DNA of 64,000 bases from Lytechinus pictus. Its lineage: Eukaryota. Both the position numbers and the translations under genes were made by a program. Shown piece by piece: positions 62,220 to 64,000 of this stretch. The notes below the pieces were generated by a model. The model saw only the letters and a list, made by a program, of their open reading frames with translations. It did not search any database and was not told where the DNA came from. The stretch is taken from the NCBI RefSeq assembly GCF_037042905.1, contig NC_087250.1, positions 8,682,001-8,746,000 on the forward strand, given 5' to 3'. How positions within the stretch are numbered: position 1 is the first letter of the stretch; each line of letters opens with the position of its first letter.

Positions 62220-62280
62220 TAGGAAGTCCATCGCGTCGAAGCCGGCTCCCTGTGGAAGTCACACAATAAGATTTCACAAT
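62220..62280 (-). pseudogene. Possible MULE-type transposase exon remnant
   Basis: A strong minus-strand acceptor (T-tract-CCTGCAG) is followed by CEILLCDFHREPASTRW, which resembles the CxFH (LCDFHREQAW) motif of invertebrate MULE transposases. Confidence 0.45.
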
Positions 62281-62352
62281 CTGCAGGAAAGAAAAAAAAT
62301 AAGGATAACATAGTTTAGTAGGTTTCACGGTACACCATGTATCTTTCTTGGG

Positions 62353-63845
62353 CTAGTGTTGGTCCTGAAAAGGACCACCCAATCTCGACGTTTCGGCAAG
62401 TGTGTTCTTGTCGCTTGAGGAGAATGTCGTCCTGAAGACGTCTTCAGGAGAATTGTCATCCTTGGATTGCTGTTTATCATCAACAAATCTATTTCTTATC
62501 CACTGACGATATGAATAGTGCTGATCTTGCACTTCCCTTTGCGCCATCTCCAAAATGACGCGCACTGCAGCGATGCACTGGCTCATTTACACTATTAGCA
62601 CTACCTTTCTTTATCGTTAACGGCATCACATCCATCAAGCTCCATGAAATCGGATCAGGCTACATGTTGTTTCCTACAGTGCTTACATCCATTACAAGGA
62701 AGAGAACTCAGCGTATCTCTTCCATCATAGCACTCACACATTTCTGGGCGGCTCGGTACATGAGATAAAGCATCAGCATTTGCATGACTTAAAGTTGAAT
62801 TGTGATTAGATCTCTAACCATCTAGCCATTTGATTGGATCGCTCTCGAAAGGACATTATCCACCTAAGAGCACTATGATCAGTTCTCACCACAAATTCAC
62901 GTCCAAGTAGATAGTGCCGAAATTGATGAACGAAAGCCACTCTCGATTGCCTGTGGTCATGATAACAAAAAAGGGCACGAAGTTCAACTACAGTCAAGTA
63001 ATTTGAAGAGTTAAAAAAAGTTTCATGGCATCATTCATAACCCTTTTTTTTAATGTGTTAGATCAAAGTCTATAGTATATTGTTAAATTATATGTAAGGC
63101 CTAGACATCTTCAAGCTCAATAGATAAATCTATTTCTAATCTATCGCAGTGTTGAGAGTCACAGAAATTTTAATCACTCCTTCATCCACTTCACTTATGA
63201 TGACCTTAAACTAGGCCCTATCAATTATCAAATAGATGAAATTCTCTGTAATTACCTCATTTCGTAGCTGATACAAGGCTAAGGACCCTCTCCGTATCGT
63301 CCTAGAGGCCGTGGACAAATGTATGCCGTGTATTACGCTTGTGTTACTGGGCATCGAGGTTTCAAAATACCGTAGTGTTATGAACACTTGCAAGCTTGCA
63401 GGCAGGCACAATTCCGTCTTGTTTGATGTTCGATATGGGGAGCGAGTCTGTTGATGATATGAACGCATCCCTGTCTGGAAAGCTAGATGATTTGGTGTGT
63501 TTGTGTAGGCAAAAATGCTTCCTTCATCAGTGCCACCCGGGCCGGGTCATACCCTGGCTTCTATCCATTACGTTCTGATTTATTCGCTCTTCAGTCGTGA
63601 AGAAGTGACCCCTCACCACCCTCCAATTGTCCTTTGCTCGCAATTAAGGCTGCTTGCAAAGAAGTGGGGATTATTGTGTTGACTGGTGGGAGAGATGGAA
63701 CAGGTTGCAAAGGAGGTGTAGAGGCACATTGAGCCTGGTGAGGGTGGGGCACTGACTGGGACTGCTTGGTTAATTCACCATTCATTTTCATTGTCGCCTC
63801 CCTTATTTTATTCATCGACCAATTGATTTCAACATAATTATGCAT
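62353..63845 (-). pseudogene. Decayed Ty3/Gypsy gag-pol fragments
   Basis: RNase H segment FRHYLLGREFVVRTDHSALRWI...QMARWLE (62806-62960), a protease-like CLMFDMGS (~63400-63450) and a Pro/Gln-rich upstream segment. Confidence 0.7.
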
Positions 63846-64000
63846 ATCTCTTCATTTTACATTATTTTTTTTTTTTATTGTGATCCTTATTTTCTTCTTC
63901 TTGGACATGATTCTCTTTTCTATCATGACCCCCTTCTTCATCACGATCAATGAGGGGTTCTGCAAAATTGTGTATTGTTGGAACCATTGAGTGCACAGTA

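Overview
AT-rich, repeat-dense eukaryotic DNA. The repeat families, SINE types and gene content suggest a marine invertebrate, most likely a sea urchin (inference). Two host genes can be reconstructed from splice signals. One is a fibrinogen-related-domain (FReD) gene on the minus strand, with 3 clear exons at 22.2-26.5 kb. The other is a complete DIABLO/Smac-like gene on the plus strand, with 5 coding exons at 44.9-61.0 kb encoding about 213 aa and an IAP-binding-type motif ALPV. The first 14.6 kb is a nest of elements: a full-length CR1/L2-group LINE (ORF1 plus APE-RT ORF2, with an unusual 3.76-kb spacer) inside an Academ-like long-TIR transposon, which is itself inside a palindromic repeat. 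At 29.3-33.6 kb a Penelope-like retroelement (RT + GIY-YIG) is followed by tandem and inverted repeats that contain three minimal hammerhead-ribozyme motifs and a 395-bp repeat unit. That unit carries a well-formed tRNA-like gene with a UCA (UGA-reading) anticodon and a Pol III terminator, and is the most intriguing candidate system in the window. A 2-kb foldback with mirrored promoter and splice-donor modules lies just upstream of the first DIABLO coding exon. The rest is MITEs (CACTA-, Kolobok-, Harbinger-, hAT-, piggyBac- and Tc1/pogo-like), SINEs, LINE tails, microsatellites and Gypsy/MULE remnants. All alignments and folds were done by eye, so boundaries may be off by a few bases.
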